Assembly (NCBI GenBank): GCA_002269645.1
Contig: NIVC01003166.1
Span: forward strand, 1 to 64,000
Length of the DNA stretch: 64,000 bases
Reading direction: 5' to 3'
DNA from: Macrostomum lignano
Lineage: Eukaryota
This document shows, one piece after another, positions 61,668 through 64,000 of this stretch. The stretch's first letter is position 1, and each line of letters starts with the position of its first letter. The notes under the pieces were generated by a model. That model saw only the letters and a program-made list of their open reading frames with translations, ran no database searches and was not told the DNA's origin. A program made the translations under genes and the position numbers.

Positions 61668-64000
61668 AAACCTCTTGACAACATAATAATACATCTGAAA
61701 TAATACTGAAAACACCAAAAACACACTGGACAGTTTTTAGCGCAACAAGGACTGACACGGACAATAGGACGGCGTAGCAGACCGTCTTATTGTTATTAGA
61801 TTATTATAGTAATTTATTATTAAATAACTTTTTGACACCGAGGAGAAAAGCAACATCGATATTAAGCCAGTTTCAGTGTGCACTTAACTTGGGGAGACAG
61901 GGAAAAGCGATAGATAAGACTAATAAAAATTCTAGAAACTTCTTCTAAAGGTAAGCTTGTAAAAACTGCTTCTTTAACGGCAAGAGATTACTGACAAGAC
62001 CGAGTCGCGCTTGGACAACAGGGGTCGACTAGAAAAAGCAGACAGATAAAAAGTTTGTTATGTATATTAATTACGAGTAATTATTATAAAAAGTTATCGG
62101 AGACAAAAACAGCTAGAAAAGTCGTTGTGGAACACGCATACTTAAACAAACATAAGTAGCATAAGTTGCGTGCAAGATAACGAGACAACTAACGAGACAA
62201 CAATATAAAACATGGCTTTGATGACAGGATTTCACTGTACTGGGCTTGTGCGAAGAGTCTGATTTACATAGCGAACTCCAGTAACTGTGACAAGCGAAAT
62301 TCGACAAATTCAGGGGTTTCGTCCATAGACATGTACTAAGTAGAAAGTCGCTTTGACATTTGCAGCTTTATAAAAGCTGTGTATTCAAGCCCGAGAAGGA
62401 TACAGAGGCTGTCTTTAAAGCAAGTCTGTCTATAACATAGATCCTAAAATTGTGGCTTGTGGCCATAGATCTTATATTCCCTAAATAGGCCACTTTGTAT
62501 GGCGGAGCAATAGGGAAAGCGCGACCGCTGTTTATCGCCAATTGTGCGAAAAGAGCCGACATGGGTTACTTAAATTTTGAATTTACTCGTAGTAGCTTAG
62601 GGACATAGACGCTATTTTTTGAGAATTGAATAAAACTTCTGAATTAATTAAAAAGCTACTCAATTAAACTAAGAATGAAGAATTCACATGAATTCAATGC
62701 AGAGACTACTGACGAAATTGAGTTCAGTAGTTGATTTTCTCGCTGTCGCCAGATACAATTTTTTTACCTTAGCTTCTATGGCCACATTAGCGGTTAATGA
62801 GTGGTCCATCTTGTGTATATATGATCTTTGTTTATGGCTAGCTAAAGGCTGGATTGATTTCATAAGGTGTTTCATGGCCCCGTGTTTATGAAATCGGCCC
62901 CTGATCAGACATGGTCATTAAGAAACACAACTCGGTCCTAGTAGGCAAAAAAGTCAAATCAACAAAAGAAAATAAAGACGTGGTGCGCAGTTTATCCAAT
63001 AAACACACTTGAAAAAAGCCACCCCAACTGACTAAAATCTGATTGTCCAGTACACACAACAAAAAGTCAAGACTAAAAATCACAAATATGAAACTTTAGA
63101 CAAATAAAATCGATTTGATAGAACAAAGAGTTGACAACATACTTAATCCGTGTACACGACTGGAATGATTGGGACAATGGCAAAACCTGCATTACAATAT
63201 TACAGATAAATATCAATAGTAACTTGACAAAAGGTTCTATTTCAAAGACACAGGTGACCACAAAGACGTTGGGGAATTGTAAACAGCAGGGCATTGAAGC
63301 CGCAGGGGGTAACTATATGGGATATAACAATTGGATAGGAGCATTTCTTTACTGATGCGTACAAAGCATTGTTGCTAGAAGACTGACAGATACCAACACG
63401 CCATAAGGTAGAGCCGGACAGACAAGCAAATACAAAATTTAGCCGACCTTACATTTTTGCACATTGCATCTTACAATACTCAAAAGTCTATTGAAATACA
63501 ACAAAAACAAGGTTAATATGACAGTGATAGCTTTATCACAAGTCGCCAGAAAGTCGTCATTTTGCATTTACCTCATCAAGTATTGTATAACAACTCTATT
63601 TAGACTACTTGAGTTAGTAGACAGTTAAGCACTAACACAACCTGAATTTTTTACGATTGACTATCTTGTAGATACTATCTGACTATCTTGTAGATAGTAA
63701 TCAAATTTAAAAAAAATTCTATATTGACCAGAAAATATGAGAAATACTGACGTGACAAACAGAGAAACGCAGATTCAAACAAATAGCTGTAAAAGCTGTA
63801 GTGTTCAGTTCGATAAAGCTGGAATGCCGTTAATAAAAAAACGCTACACACACACACACACACAGATACACAAACACACAGCCTTTGCTAACAACAGAAA
63901 CTAACACTAGATATGACTATTGCCGATATAATGATTGCTCGATCGGATGCTTGAACACAGTCACCAGCCGCCACCTGGGGACGGATAGGACAGCTGGCTG

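Noticed and set aside
61700-64000. AT-rich tail with 60-75 aa ORFs and (CA)n near 63847
   Set aside because: No motif or exon structure support; treated as intergenic.

Overview
Eukaryotic (metazoan) genomic DNA with short GT-AG introns and minisatellite-filled introns; the style suggests a free-living flatworm such as Macrostomum, but this is inference only. Contents left to right: (1) the 3' part of a PKD1-like gene; (2) two secreted PAN/Apple-like domain genes, one with an F-type lectin domain and one with an ALK/LTK-like glycine-rich domain; (3) a single-exon DEG/ENaC ORF split precisely by a 7.4-kb Helitron (TC...hairpin-CTAG, no TSD), which encodes a spliced STPR-OTU-Zn finger-HUH Rep protein but no helicase; (4) a prolyl-4-hydroxylase-alpha-like gene lacking two of three Fe ligands, with related satellite-filled Helitrons in its introns; (5) a ~6.7-kb tandem duplication with a templated junction and reciprocal coding lesions; (6) a two-domain METTL24-like methyltransferase gene; (7) an 11-exon TRP channel that joins ankyrin repeats to a TRPM-type body, with a different minisatellite in most introns. 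All domain calls come from motif recognition by eye; no searches were run.
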